A stretch of DNA of 64,000 nucleotides from positions 155,599 to 219,598 of the forward strand of contig CAWJPW010000009.1 of assembly GCA_963844845.1 (NCBI GenBank). Direction: 5' to 3'. The notes under the pieces were generated by a model, which had not been told where the DNA came from, searched no databases, and saw only the letters and a list, made by a program, of their open reading frames with translations. Source of the stretch: an uncultured Acidobacteriota bacterium (lineage in GTDB: Bacteria > Acidobacteriota > Thermoanaerobaculia > Thermoanaerobaculales > Sulfomarinibacteraceae). Shown here one piece after another: positions 31,368 through 41,072 of the stretch; position 1 is the stretch's first letter, and every line of letters begins with the position of its first letter. Made by a program: the position numbers and the translations under genes.

Positions 31368-34118
31368 TCAGAACGACACCCTGGCGCCCAGGCGAATCTC
31401 GCGCGGGCTCTCCACCGAGGTCGGCTGCTTGTAGCCGGAGCTCGGCACCCACTCGCTGTTGCCGGGGTGGTCCTGGTAGTCGTAGTAGTAAGTTCCCCAG
31501 CGCTCCTGAACCGACAGCACAGTGTCGGAGTTGAAGACGTTGAAGACGTCCACCAGCAACGTCAGGTCGACCTCCTTCGGCAGCTTGAAGGTTTTCTCCA
31601 GATGCAGATCGAGGAGGCTGCGGTCGTCATACTGTTCCGAACCGAGGGGCACCAGGTTGATGTCGGTACGGTCATTGCGGTACAGGCCGCGAAGGGTCGC
31701 GTACGGGGTCCAGTAGGCCCCGGTGCGGTACAGGTAGAAGGCGCTACCGATCATGTCCCACGGCAGATCCACCGACGCGTTGACCTTGAAGACCCACTCG
31801 GAGCTGCCGGGCAGCTTGCCGGTGTTGTTCACCTGGCCGTTCTTGTCCGTCCAGGCGACCTCATATCCGTCCACGTCCACCGTGTTGCCGGTGAGGTCCG
31901 ACCACACCAGCGAGGCCTGCAACGACCAGCCGTCCTGGTAGCGCCGGTGCAGGCGTAGCACCGCCGACTTGTACTCGCGAAAGGCCGCCGACGGGTTGGT
32001 GATGACGAAGTCCGGGTAGCTGAGGAGCTCGAAGAACGGCAGGTCGCCTCCGGTGAGGGGGTCGCCCGGCGCGATCAGGCTGTCGTAGTCGTCGTTGGTG
32101 TTAACCATGGCGATGATGTCGTGGTTCTTGCGGTAGATGTAGTCGAGACCGATGAGGGTCGTGTCGGTGAGCTGTCGCTCGACCGTCCCCACCCACTGGT
32201 CGACGTACGGGTGGGAGATCCCCGGGTCCATCGTCGCACCACCCGTCTGGCGGGAGCCGGCGAAGATGTCGAACTCGCCGGTGTCGAAGTTGTAGTCCCA
32301 AAACTCGTATGGGCTCCAGACGCTGCCCGAAGCCTCGCGGTCATACATGAACGCCATCAGCGCGTCGTAGTAGCGGCCGTAGTGCACCTTCACCGCAGTG
32401 CTGGCGTCACCGAAGACGTCCCAGACGGCGCCGATGCGGGGCGCCACCATGTTGACGTCGTAGACGCTGTCGTTGCCGTTCTTGAAGCCGCCCTGGTAGC
32501 TGGTGTATCGGAGACCGGCGTTCACGGTGACCCGCTCCAGCTTCCACGAATCCTGGGCATAAAGATGCAGGCCCTTCTGGGTGGCGTGGAAGTTGATCTC
32601 GTTGCCGCGATCGGAGGACGAGACGCCGCAGAACGGGTCAGCGAAGTAGTCGTCCAGTGAGTCACAGTAGTAGGAGTCGTCCACGTAGGTGAACCCCCCG
32701 TTGCGGGTCCGCACCTCATCTTGGCCCGAGTCCTCGTACACCACCCCGAACTTGAAGGTGTGCGAGTCGTCCTTGACCAGAAGGTCGTCGGCGAACAGGC
32801 TCCACGACGCGTCGAGGTTGAGGCGCTTCTTCTCGGTGAGCCAGGTGTACGTGTAGTTGCCCCACAGGAAGCCGCTGTTGAAGTAGTCGTCGTGGCCCGG
32901 CACGTCCGAGCCGGACTTGGGCAGGTAGTCGTTCTTGCCGTTGAAGCCCGTCAGCTTGACGGCGAAGAAGTTGTTCGCGTTGACCAGGGACTCCCAGGTG
33001 AAGTTGTAGGCCCAGTTGGGCGAGTCCTGGTTGTAGGCGCCGCTGGCGAGCACGAACTCACCGATGTTGCGGTTGTCGGTTGTAAGGCCGTCGTAGTCCA
33101 GCATGAAGGCAAAGCGGTTGGCCTGGTTCGCCTGCAGCGTCAGCTTCGCCAGGTAGCGGTGGTACGAGCGCTCGTACTGGCCACGGTCGTCGGCTGAGGC
33201 CCCTTCGATGAAAAACGGGTCGATCTTGCGGCTCCGCTCCTCACCCGAAACGAAGTACCAGAGCTTGTCCCGAATCACCGGCCCGCCCAGGCCCACCGAG
33301 ATCTCGAGGTCGCGGGAGAGCTTGTTGACACCCTCGGCCCCTGCCGGCGCGTTCTCGGAGTTGAGGCTGCCCCCCGAGTAGTAGACCGCGGCGTTGCCAT
33401 GCACCTCGTTGCCGCCGGATTTGGTGATGAGGTTGACCACCGCACCGGTGAAGCCGCCGAACTCGGCATCGGCGCCGAGACCCATGACCTGGACCTCCTG
33501 GATCCAGTCCACGTTGGGCAGGATCCACTGCGACCCCGAGGCGGGGTCGGACACGTCGACGCCGTCCAGGTTGTAGGCGTTGGCCTGATCGTTGGGCGCG
33601 CCGTAGGCGTCGCCGTTGTTGACGCCGGGGGCGTAGTTGATGAGATCGGTAGTGGAACGCGGCACCGGCTGGTGCTGGATGAACTGCTGGTCGAGGTTGG
33701 TGCCCACCACGTTGGAGACCGTGCTCACCTGGGCCGACTGGGCGATGACGACGATCTCGTCGGTCACCGACGCGAGTGGCAGCTGCAGGTCGATGCCGAG
33801 GATCTGGCCCAGGCTCACCCGCACACTCTCCTGGCGCACTGTCTGGAAACCGGGGAGCTGCGCCTCGATGGTGTAGGTGCCCGGAGGCAGCGAGGGGAAC
33901 CGGTAGACCCCTGCGGCGCTGGTCACTGCGGTGGTCCGTCCCGCCACGAGGGCGTCCGACGTGGCGACCACGTTGACACCAGGCAGCGGGTCACCGTTGC
34001 TGTCGGTGATGGTGCCGCGAATGCTCCCGGCAGTAGTGGTCTGGGCCGCGCTCCATGCCGCCGGCAGCACCAGCGCCAGGGCGAGGACCACGACGATCGT
34101 CCGGAGGTCTCCTCTCAT
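31368..34118 (-). CDS. TonB-dependent receptor (Oar-like, N-terminal carboxypeptidase-regulatory-like domain)
   Basis: Signal peptide; GSIRGTITD...PLPGV, plug GAVVNLITKSGGN, YAQDSW, C-terminal PREIRLGARVSF; GGAGG RBS. Confidence 0.92.
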   Translation of the reverse strand: MRGDLRTIVVVLALALVLPAAWSAAQTTTAGSIRGTITDSNGDPLPGVNVVATSDALVAGRTTAVTSAAGVYRFPSLPPGTYTIEAQLPGFQTVRQESVRVSLGQILGIDLQLPLASVTDEIVVIAQSAQVSTVSNVVGTNLDQQFIQHQPVPRSTTDLINYAPGVNNGDAYGAPNDQANAYNLDGVDVSDPASGSQWILPNVDWIQEVQVMGLGADAEFGGFTGAVVNLITKSGGNEVHGNAAVYYSGGSLNSENAPAGAEGVNKLSRDLEISVGLGGPVIRDKLWYFVSGEERSRKIDPFFIEGASADDRGQYERSYHRYLAKLTLQANQANRFAFMLDYDGLTTDNRNIGEFVLASGAYNQDSPNWAYNFTWESLVNANNFFAVKLTGFNGKNDYLPKSGSDVPGHDDYFNSGFLWGNYTYTWLTEKKRLNLDASWSLFADDLLVKDDSHTFKFGVVYEDSGQDEVRTRNGGFTYVDDSYYCDSLDDYFADPFCGVSSSDRGNEINFHATQKGLHLYAQDSWKLERVTVNAGLRYTSYQGGFKNGNDSVYDVNMVAPRIGAVWDVFGDASTAVKVHYGRYYDALMAFMYDREASGSVWSPYEFWDYNFDTGEFDIFAGSRQTGGATMDPGISHPYVDQWVGTVERQLTDTTLIGLDYIYRKNHDIIAMVNTNDDYDSLIAPGDPLTGGDLPFFELLSYPDFVITNPSAAFREYKSAVLRLHRRYQDGWSLQASLVWSDLTGNTVDVDGYEVAWTDKNGQVNNTGKLPGSSEWVFKVNASVDLPWDMIGSAFYLYRTGAYWTPYATLRGLYRNDRTDINLVPLGSEQYDDRSLLDLHLEKTFKLPKEVDLTLLVDVFNVFNSDTVLSVQERWGTYYYDYQDHPGNSEWVPSSGYKQPTSVESPREIRLGARVSF

Positions 34119-34139
34119 GCCGTCCTCCCTCTTCCTTCT

Positions 34140-34220
34140 GAAAAGAAATTTTCGCACTTCATGCCTGATGCAAAGATTACCATCATCTGCGAAGATAGTT
34201 GTGCCCTTACGAGGTGTCAA
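34140..34220 (-). promoter_or_regulatory. Sigma70 promoter of the TonB receptor operon with palindromic operator candidates
   Basis: Minus strand TTGACA (34220-34215), 17 bp, TATCTT (34197-34192); palindromes GAAAA-N4-TTTTC (34140-34153) and TGATG-N10-CATCA (34166-34185). Confidence 0.65.
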
Positions 34221-34320
34221 GCACTGATTCGATCCCGCGACGGCGGCTCCGCCGGCGGCGGTTCCGCAGTCTCCGACCGGCGGACCGCCCACCAGGTATC
34301 ATGTGGCGGGGGGAGGAACC

Positions 34321-35190
34321 ATGCGCCGAATCGCTGACGAGTCCGCGTTCCGGGACCTGGTGGTCCAGCACGCCGCCGACCTTCCGCCCCAGCAGCGGGC
34401 CATTGCCGACTACCTCGTCGAGCACCTCCAGCTCGCTCCGTTCCTTTCGGTGCCGGAGCTCGCGCGCCGGGTGGGCGCCTCCGAGGCCACCGTGGTGCGC
34501 TTTGCCCAGCGCCTCGGCTTCAGCGGATTCTCCGAGCTCAAGATGGAGCTGGTGGAGCTCCTCCAAAGCCGCCTGGGCACTAGTGGCGACGGCGTCCCTG
34601 CGGCTGAACCCGGGGAGGATGTCCTGACCGCCGTGGCCACGCTGGAGTTGGACAACATCCATCGCTCGGTAGAGGCCATCGATCGTGCCGCCTTCGCTGC
34701 CGCCGCCGAAGCGGTGTTTCACGCCAATCACACCTTCGCCTTCGGCATGGGCGTATCCGGTCACCTCGCCGAGCTTGCCTGCTACACCCTGGTGCAGATC
34801 GGGGTCCGCGCCACTCCCCTCTCGCCGCGCTTCTCCTCCCCTCGCGAGCAGCTGGTGGCACTACGGCCCGGCGACCTCCTCCTCGTCTTCTCGTTCCCGC
34901 CCTACTCCCGCCCAACCCTCGACCTTCTGGAGGAGGCGCGGGCGCGGGACGTGACCACAGTGGCGGTGTGCGACCGCCTCACGGCGCCGGCGGCCCTGCT
35001 CGGCAACCACGTGCTCCCGGTGCGCAGCGAGAACATGATGTTCACCAACGCGATCGCCGCTGTCACGGTGCTATTCAACGCCCTCGCCACCCAGATCGCC
35101 ACCAGCCACCGCGGCGAGGCGGTGGAGGCCATGTCCATGATCAACCGGGTCCTCAACGACGACCCGGGGGTCCTGCCGCCGGGTCGCTGA
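34321..35190 (+). CDS. MurR/RpiR family transcriptional regulator (HTH + SIS)
   Basis: IADYL, SVPELARRVGASEATVVRFAQRLGFSGF, FGMGVS, SFPPYS. Confidence 0.93.
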   Translation: MRRIADESAFRDLVVQHAADLPPQQRAIADYLVEHLQLAPFLSVPELARRVGASEATVVRFAQRLGFSGFSELKMELVELLQSRLGTSGDGVPAAEPGEDVLTAVATLELDNIHRSVEAIDRAAFAAAAEAVFHANHTFAFGMGVSGHLAELACYTLVQIGVRATPLSPRFSSPREQLVALRPGDLLLVFSFPPYSRPTLDLLEEARARDVTTVAVCDRLTAPAALLGNHVLPVRSENMMFTNAIAAVTVLFNALATQIATSHRGEAVEAMSMINRVLNDDPGVLPPGR

Positions 35191-35202
35191 CGAGCTGAGA
35201 GG

Positions 35203-36591
35203 TCAGCGCCAGGCCGCGAGCACCGGCCACACCAGGAACGCCAGCGACATCAGCACGAACAGGCCCTGCATCGGCAGGTTCCAGCGGAACCACTTCTCGA
35301 AGGGGATCTTGGCCATGGCCAGGGTGCCCACCGTCACGCCCGATGTGGGGATGATCATGTTGGTGAAGCCATCGCCCAACTGGTAGGCGAGCACCGCGGT
35401 CTGCCGGGTGATGCCCGAGAGGTCGGCGAGCGGCGCCATGAGGGGCATGGTGAGGGCGGCCTTGGTGGATCCCGACGGGATGAAGAAGTTGACCATCAGC
35501 TGCACCCCGTACATCACCCAGGCGGAGGCAAGCTCGGGCAGGCGTCCGGTGACGACAGCGGCGCCGTGGAGCACCGTGTCGAGGATCTGGCCGTGCTCGA
35601 GGATGACCAGGATCCCACCGGCGAACCCCACCACGAGCGCCGCCCCCGCGATGTCCTTGCAGCCTGTCACGAACGCCTTGGCAAGCTGGTTGGGGCCGAG
35701 GCCGGCGATCACCCCGGCGAGCAGGCCCATGGCGAAGAAGAGGCCGGCCAGCTCGACAATGAACCAATCCCACTTCGTCACCCCGACAACCATGAGCACG
35801 ACTCCCGCCGCGAGGATGAGGAGACTGGCACCGTGTCGCCACGTGAATTCGGCAGCCTCATCCTCCCGGCGCTCGAGCTCGCGCCGGCGCGCCTCATCGA
35901 GCTCGAACATTGGGCTGCGCCGCGGGTCGGCCTTGACCCGTGCCGCATAGACCATGACCCAGGCGATGGTGACCGCAGTGGAGACGACCCACACGACGAC
36001 GCGGTAGCCCATGCCGGAAAGGGGCTGAACGCCGGCGATCCCCTGGGCGATCTGCAGGGTGAACGGGTTGATGAACGCGCCCGCGAAGCCCACGCCGGCG
36101 GCGAGAAAGGTGAGGCTGATACCGACGATGGAGTCGTAGCCGAGCGCCAGCGCGAGCGGCACGAAGATGAGCACGAAGGGCATCGCTTCCTCGCACATCC
36201 CGAACGCGGCCCCGAAGAACGAGAAGAAGACCATCACGATGGGGATGACGAGGAACTCGCGGCCCGCGAGCCGGCGGACCATCTGCCGGATCCCGGCGGC
36301 GATGGCCCCGGTCTCGTTGAGGATGTAAAACGAGCCGCCGATGATGAGGATGAAGGCGATGATGTTGGCGAGGCGGAGGAAGCCTTCGATGGGTGCGGTG
36401 AAGACCTGCACCGTCTGCGGCTCGGCCGGCACGGTGTGGAACGAACCGGGCACTGCCACCTCGCGCTGCGTTCCGCCCACGCTCTCACTGCGACGCTCGT
36501 ACCGACCGCCGGGCAGCACCCAGGTGAGCGCGGCCGCGGCGAGGATGAGGACGAAGACGATGACGAAGACGTCGGGCATCCGCTTGAGCAT
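35203..36591 (-). CDS. YfcC family (basic amino acid antiporter / DcuC-like) transporter
   Basis: TWVLPGGRYER, GMCEE, FINPF, FIPSGS, AYQLGDGFTNMIIPTSG. Confidence 0.88.
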   Translation of the reverse strand: MLKRMPDVFVIVFVLILAAAALTWVLPGGRYERRSESVGGTQREVAVPGSFHTVPAEPQTVQVFTAPIEGFLRLANIIAFILIIGGSFYILNETGAIAAGIRQMVRRLAGREFLVIPIVMVFFSFFGAAFGMCEEAMPFVLIFVPLALALGYDSIVGISLTFLAAGVGFAGAFINPFTLQIAQGIAGVQPLSGMGYRVVVWVVSTAVTIAWVMVYAARVKADPRRSPMFELDEARRRELERREDEAAEFTWRHGASLLILAAGVVLMVVGVTKWDWFIVELAGLFFAMGLLAGVIAGLGPNQLAKAFVTGCKDIAGAALVVGFAGGILVILEHGQILDTVLHGAAVVTGRLPELASAWVMYGVQLMVNFFIPSGSTKAALTMPLMAPLADLSGITRQTAVLAYQLGDGFTNMIIPTSGVTVGTLAMAKIPFEKWFRWNLPMQGLFVLMSLAFLVWPVLAAWR

Positions 36592-36643
36592 TCGCACCTC
36601 CACAGGCCGGGCATTATAGGGGGGACGCGCGGCGGGCCGAGCG

Positions 36644-37066
36644 TCAGCCGGTTTCTCCGGCCAGCTGAACCACGAGGCTGCGGTTGCGCGGGCGGTTGTC
36701 GAAGTCGAGCAGGACGATCTGCTGCCACGCGCCGAGCAGCAGCTTGCCCTCGCTCACCGGCACCAGGAGGGACGGACCGATCAGACTGGCGCGCACGTGG
36801 GAGTGACCGTTGCCGTCGTGCCAGGTGTCGTCGTGGTGGTAGCGCGCGCCCTGGGGCGCCAACCGCTCAAATAGCTCGGGTAGGTCCTTCCTCAGGCCTG
36901 GCTCGAACTCCACGGTGGTGACGCCGGCGGTGGAGCCCGGGACGAATACCAGGACATGCCCCTCGAGCAGACAGCTCCGGGTGACGAGCTCATCCACCGC
37001 GTCGGTGAGGTCGACGACCTCGCACTCACCCCGCGTCGACACCTCGAGCCGATCGGTCCTGTGCAT
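36644..37066 (-). CDS. yjbQ: YjbQ/UPF0047 (secondary thiamine-phosphate synthase) family protein
   Basis: PGSTAGVTTVEFE, YHHD, NGHSHVRAS, LGAWQQIV, R.R. Confidence 0.9.
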   Translation of the reverse strand: MHRTDRLEVSTRGECEVVDLTDAVDELVTRSCLLEGHVLVFVPGSTAGVTTVEFEPGLRKDLPELFERLAPQGARYHHDDTWHDGNGHSHVRASLIGPSLLVPVSEGKLLLGAWQQIVLLDFDNRPRNRSLVVQLAGETG

Positions 37067-39012
37067 CAGACCTTCCGCTCATCGTCACCTCTGCCGTCGC
37101 TGGGGACCACGAGCACGGGCACCGCGATCCGGTGGCGCAGACGCTCGATGGACGTGCCGTGGACGAAGTCCCCCACCCTGCGGTGCCCGTGGCTGCCCAC
37201 CACCACCAGGTCCGCGTCGTGGCGACCCACGAGCTCCACCAGCTGGTCCACCGGCTCGCCGAAACCGAGGTCGTAGCTGGTTTCGATCCCCAGCTCGGTG
37301 AGCTCTGAGGTGTACAGCTCAAGCCTCTCCTGGTCGGTGCGCGCTTCTTGGTCCTGCAGCTCGCCGCCCAGCAGCCGCGCACCACCCGACTCGACGACGT
37401 GCAGCAGGACCACCCGCGCACCCCGCCCAGCCGCCCGCGCCACGGAGACCGCCTGCGACAGCGCCGCAGCATCGGCGGAGGAGAAGTCGACGGCCACCGC
37501 AATGCGCTGCGGCGGCCGCGGCGGTTGGACAGACGGTACGGTCAGGGGCCCGTGGACACCTTCGTGCGCCGGCGTCTCGCCGCCGTGGAAACGCTGCGCA
37601 AGCGGTACCACTGTCACGTATCCGAGGAGCAGGACCAGGCCGAGCCCGACCGGCACGGCGCTGCCCCACACCAGCCACGCCCACTTGCCGGCGCCGCCGA
37701 TCCAAGCAGCGATCTCCCCCACTGCGAGCTTGAGATTGAGCACCACGATAACCCCGGCCACCAGCCAGGCGGCCGCCTGGGTGACGGGGCCAACCAGGTA
37801 CTGGCCCATCCAGCGGCGGTCGGAGACCAAGTGGATGAGGGGAATCACGGCGAAGGAGAGCTGCAGGGACAAGACCACCTGCGAGAGCACGAGGAGGTCG
37901 CCGGTGGCCCGCTCGCCAAAGAACAGGATGGTCACCACTGCCGGGATGATGGCCACGGCCCGGGTCAAGAGACGGCGAACCATGGGCCGCAAGCGGATGT
38001 GGACGAAGCCCTCCATGACGATCTGGCCGGCCAGCGTCCCGGTGATGGTGGACGACTGGCCCGAGGCGATGAGCGCCACCGCGAACACCACCGGCGCGAT
38101 GGCGGCGCCGAGCAGCGGCTCCAGCAACCGGTAGGCATCCTGGATCTCAGCCACCTCATGCAACCCGGCGCGGTAGAAGGTCGCCGCGGCCATCACCAGC
38201 AGGGCGGCGTTGACGAAGAAGGCGCCGTTGAGGGCGACCATGGAGTCGAGCACGTTGAAGCGGATACCCGAACGGATCCCCGCCGGCACCCGGGCGATGC
38301 GTCGCGACTGCACCAACGCCGAATGGAGATAGAGATTGTGCGGCATCACCGTCGCGCCGAGGATGCCGATGGCAAGGTAAAGGGCGCTGCCGCCGGGCAG
38401 GCTCGGCACGAACCCGGCGGCCAGGTGGCCCCACTCGGGGCGCGAGAGGATAATCTCGATGCCGAGGCAGACACCGATGGTGGTGATGAGGGCGACGATG
38501 AACGCCTCCATCAGGCGCATGCCCTTCGACTGCAGGAAGAGGAGCAGGAGCGCGTCGAAAGCCGTGATGACAACCCCCACCAGGAGGGGGATGTGAAAGA
38601 GGAGCTGCAAGCCTATGGCCGAGCCCAGCACCTCCGCCAGATCGCAGGCGGCGATGGCGATCTCGGCAAGTACCCAGAGTACCCACGAGACGCGGCGATC
38701 GAACATGGCGCGGCACGCCTGGGCCAGGTCCATCCCGGTGACGATGCCGAGCCGGGCCGAGAGGCTCTGCAGCAGCACCGCCATGATGTTGGACATGAGC
38801 AGGACCCAGATGAGGGCATAGCCGAACTTGGAGCCGGCGGCGATGTCGGTGGCCCAGTTACCGGGGTCCATGTAGCCGACGCTCACCAGGTAGGCGGGGC
38901 CCGCGAAGGCGAACAACCGACGCCAGAACGTGGGATTCTTGGGCACCGGAACGGTTCCGTGAACCTCCGCGAGGGAGCGGGACTCGGGAGTCTTGGTTGG
39001 GCCGGTCCGCAC
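37066..39012 (-). CDS. mntH: Nramp Mn2+/Fe2+ transporter with C-terminal universal stress protein domain
   Basis: YMDPGNW, GATVMPHNLYLHS, QSSTITGTLAGQ; USP motifs AVAVDFS, VVGSHGH. Confidence 0.93.
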   Translation of the reverse strand: MRTGPTKTPESRSLAEVHGTVPVPKNPTFWRRLFAFAGPAYLVSVGYMDPGNWATDIAAGSKFGYALIWVLLMSNIMAVLLQSLSARLGIVTGMDLAQACRAMFDRRVSWVLWVLAEIAIAACDLAEVLGSAIGLQLLFHIPLLVGVVITAFDALLLLFLQSKGMRLMEAFIVALITTIGVCLGIEIILSRPEWGHLAAGFVPSLPGGSALYLAIGILGATVMPHNLYLHSALVQSRRIARVPAGIRSGIRFNVLDSMVALNGAFFVNAALLVMAAATFYRAGLHEVAEIQDAYRLLEPLLGAAIAPVVFAVALIASGQSSTITGTLAGQIVMEGFVHIRLRPMVRRLLTRAVAIIPAVVTILFFGERATGDLLVLSQVVLSLQLSFAVIPLIHLVSDRRWMGQYLVGPVTQAAAWLVAGVIVVLNLKLAVGEIAAWIGGAGKWAWLVWGSAVPVGLGLVLLLGYVTVVPLAQRFHGGETPAHEGVHGPLTVPSVQPPRPPQRIAVAVDFSSADAAALSQAVSVARAAGRGARVVLLHVVESGGARLLGGELQDQEARTDQERLELYTSELTELGIETSYDLGFGEPVDQLVELVGRHDADLVVVGSHGHRRVGDFVHGTSIERLRHRIAVPVLVVPSDGRGDDERKV

Positions 39013-39118
39013 GACCCCAGGATTCCCGGCCTCCCGACTCCTGTCAAGTGCGGACCGGGGTAGGGGAGTCGCCGCCTCGCACCACTGCGCTACACTCCGC
39101 GAACGAAAGGAGAGACGC

Positions 39119-40102
39119 GTGTACGAAGCAGAGTATCACCTGGCCGTCGAGCTCGTGCGCGAAGCGAGCCGCCTCGCCCGCTCGGCCCAGGACGAGATCT
39201 CAGCTGCCCGCGACCGGGTGGTCAAGGCGGACCGCTCGCCGGTCACCATCGCCGACCTCGCAGTCCAGGCGGTCGTGGCATCCCGACTGGCTGAGGCAAC
39301 ACCTCAGGTCCCGTTGATGGCCGAGGAGGACGCCCAGGCCCTGCACCGCCACGCCGAGCTCGCCGGCCGCGTCCTCGACCTTGCCCGTCACGCCTTCGCC
39401 GGTCTCGACGAGGATGGACTGGTGGGGGCGTTGGCCAGCGGCGGCCACTCTGGGGGCCGCCAGGGCCGCTTCTGGTGCCTCGACCCCATCGACGGTACCA
39501 AGGGCTTCCTACGCGGGGAGCAGTTCGCGGTGGCGCTGGCCCTGGTGGAGGACGGCCGGGTGGTCGTCGGCGTCGTGGGGTGCCCCAACCTGCCGATGTC
39601 CGGTCTCACCGGCGAACCCCGCGGTTGCCTGGTCTCTGCGGTTCGCGGCGGCGGAGCCTCCCTCGAGCCGCTCCTCGCCGGCGGCGAGGCTCGCCGGGTG
39701 GGCGTCGACGGCGTCGCCGACCCGGCGCGGGCGCGCTTCTGCGAGTCGGTGGAGTCCGGCCACTCCTCGCACGGCGCCAGCGCCCGGGTGGCGGAGCGTC
39801 TGGGAATCACGGCCGAGCCGGTGCGGCTGGACAGCCAGGCCAAGTACGCCGTCGTGGCCCGGGGCGAGGCTGAGATCTACCTGCGGCTCCCCACCCGCGC
39901 CGACTACCGCGAGAAACTCTGGGACCACGCTGCCGGCAGCCTCGTCGTCGAGGAGGCCGGCGGCGCCGTGAGCGACGGCCGTGGTCGGCCCCTGGATTTC
40001 GGCGCCGGTCGCACGCTCTCCCCTACCGACGGCATCGTCGTATCCAACGGCGCCATTCACCGGGCAGTGCTCGCGACCCTGGCCGAGCTGCGGGAGGGCT
40101 GA
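39119..40102 (+). CDS. 3'(2'),5'-bisphosphate nucleotidase, HAL2/Met22-like
   Basis: SPVTIAD, LDPIDGTKGF, GCPNLP, ESVESGHS, LDSQAKY, WDHAAG. Confidence 0.9.
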   Translation: MYEAEYHLAVELVREASRLARSAQDEISAARDRVVKADRSPVTIADLAVQAVVASRLAEATPQVPLMAEEDAQALHRHAELAGRVLDLARHAFAGLDEDGLVGALASGGHSGGRQGRFWCLDPIDGTKGFLRGEQFAVALALVEDGRVVVGVVGCPNLPMSGLTGEPRGCLVSAVRGGGASLEPLLAGGEARRVGVDGVADPARARFCESVESGHSSHGASARVAERLGITAEPVRLDSQAKYAVVARGEAEIYLRLPTRADYREKLWDHAAGSLVVEEAGGAVSDGRGRPLDFGAGRTLSPTDGIVVSNGAIHRAVLATLAELREG

Positions 40103-40893
40103 TGACCGAGCGCCGCTCCCGCCGCGTGCGCTTCGCCGGAGGCGCCGGTGACACGCTGGTTGGTCAACTGGAGCTTCCGGCGCTCGAGGCGCGGGGCTGG
40201 GCGCTCTTCGCCCCATGCTTCACCTGCCTCAAAGACACCAAGGCGGTGGCGCACATCAGTCGGACTCTGGCCGAGCACGGCATCGGGACCCTTCGTTTCG
40301 ACTTCACCGGCCTCGGCGAGAGTGAGGGCGACTTCGCGGAGACGACATTCTCCACCCAGCTCGACGACCTCGAGGCCGCCGCCGCCTACCTGCGCAACGA
40401 GGCGGCCGCGCCCGCGCTGCTCGTGGGCATGAGCCTCGGCGGCGCCGTGGCCTTGGCCGGTACCGACCGCATCCCCGAGGTCCGGGCGGTGACCACCGTC
40501 AACGCCCCGTCCGACACCGCGCACCTCAGCGAGCTCCTCCTGGAGCGGGCGCCCGAGCTCGCCACGCAGGAGACCGCCGAGGTGACTTTGCTGGGCCGCA
40601 CAACCCACATCGGTCGCGCCATGGTGGAGGATCTTCGCCGCCACGATATCGAAGCTGCAGTCGCTCGCCTCGGTCGCGCCCTCCTCATCTTCCACGCGCC
40701 TGCCGACCAGGTGGTCGGCGCCGCCGCCGCTGAGCGCCTGTTTCGCGCCGCCAAGCATCCCAAGAGCTTCGTGGCCATCGACGGGTCCGACCACCTCCTG
40801 CTGTCGGACCGCGACGATCCCCGCTTCGTGGGTGAGGTCATGGCCGCCTGGGCCGGCCGGTACCTCCCCCACCCGGTTCGTTCCGACGTTTGA
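40102..40893 (+). CDS. Alpha/beta hydrolase (type often fused to OsmC)
   Basis: CFTC.KD, RFDFTGLGESEG, GMSLGG, HPKSF, DHLL. Confidence 0.85.
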   Translation: MTERRSRRVRFAGGAGDTLVGQLELPALEARGWALFAPCFTCLKDTKAVAHISRTLAEHGIGTLRFDFTGLGESEGDFAETTFSTQLDDLEAAAAYLRNEAAAPALLVGMSLGGAVALAGTDRIPEVRAVTTVNAPSDTAHLSELLLERAPELATQETAEVTLLGRTTHIGRAMVEDLRRHDIEAAVARLGRALLIFHAPADQVVGAAAAERLFRAAKHPKSFVAIDGSDHLLLSDRDDPRFVGEVMAAWAGRYLPHPVRSDV

Positions 40894-41072
40894 ACGTCAA
40901 GACGTTCGTGGCAAGGTTGGCCACTCCCCTTCCCGCTCAACCCTGAATGCCCGCCCGTGACGCCGAGAGGCGCCGCGAAAGCGCCGGTGCGCCTGTCAAC
41001 GTGGTGATTCGGCCAAGGCTACGCCGGCGGGTGCATCTGCGCTCGCAACAGGAGCGTGGAGGCACACACGGG

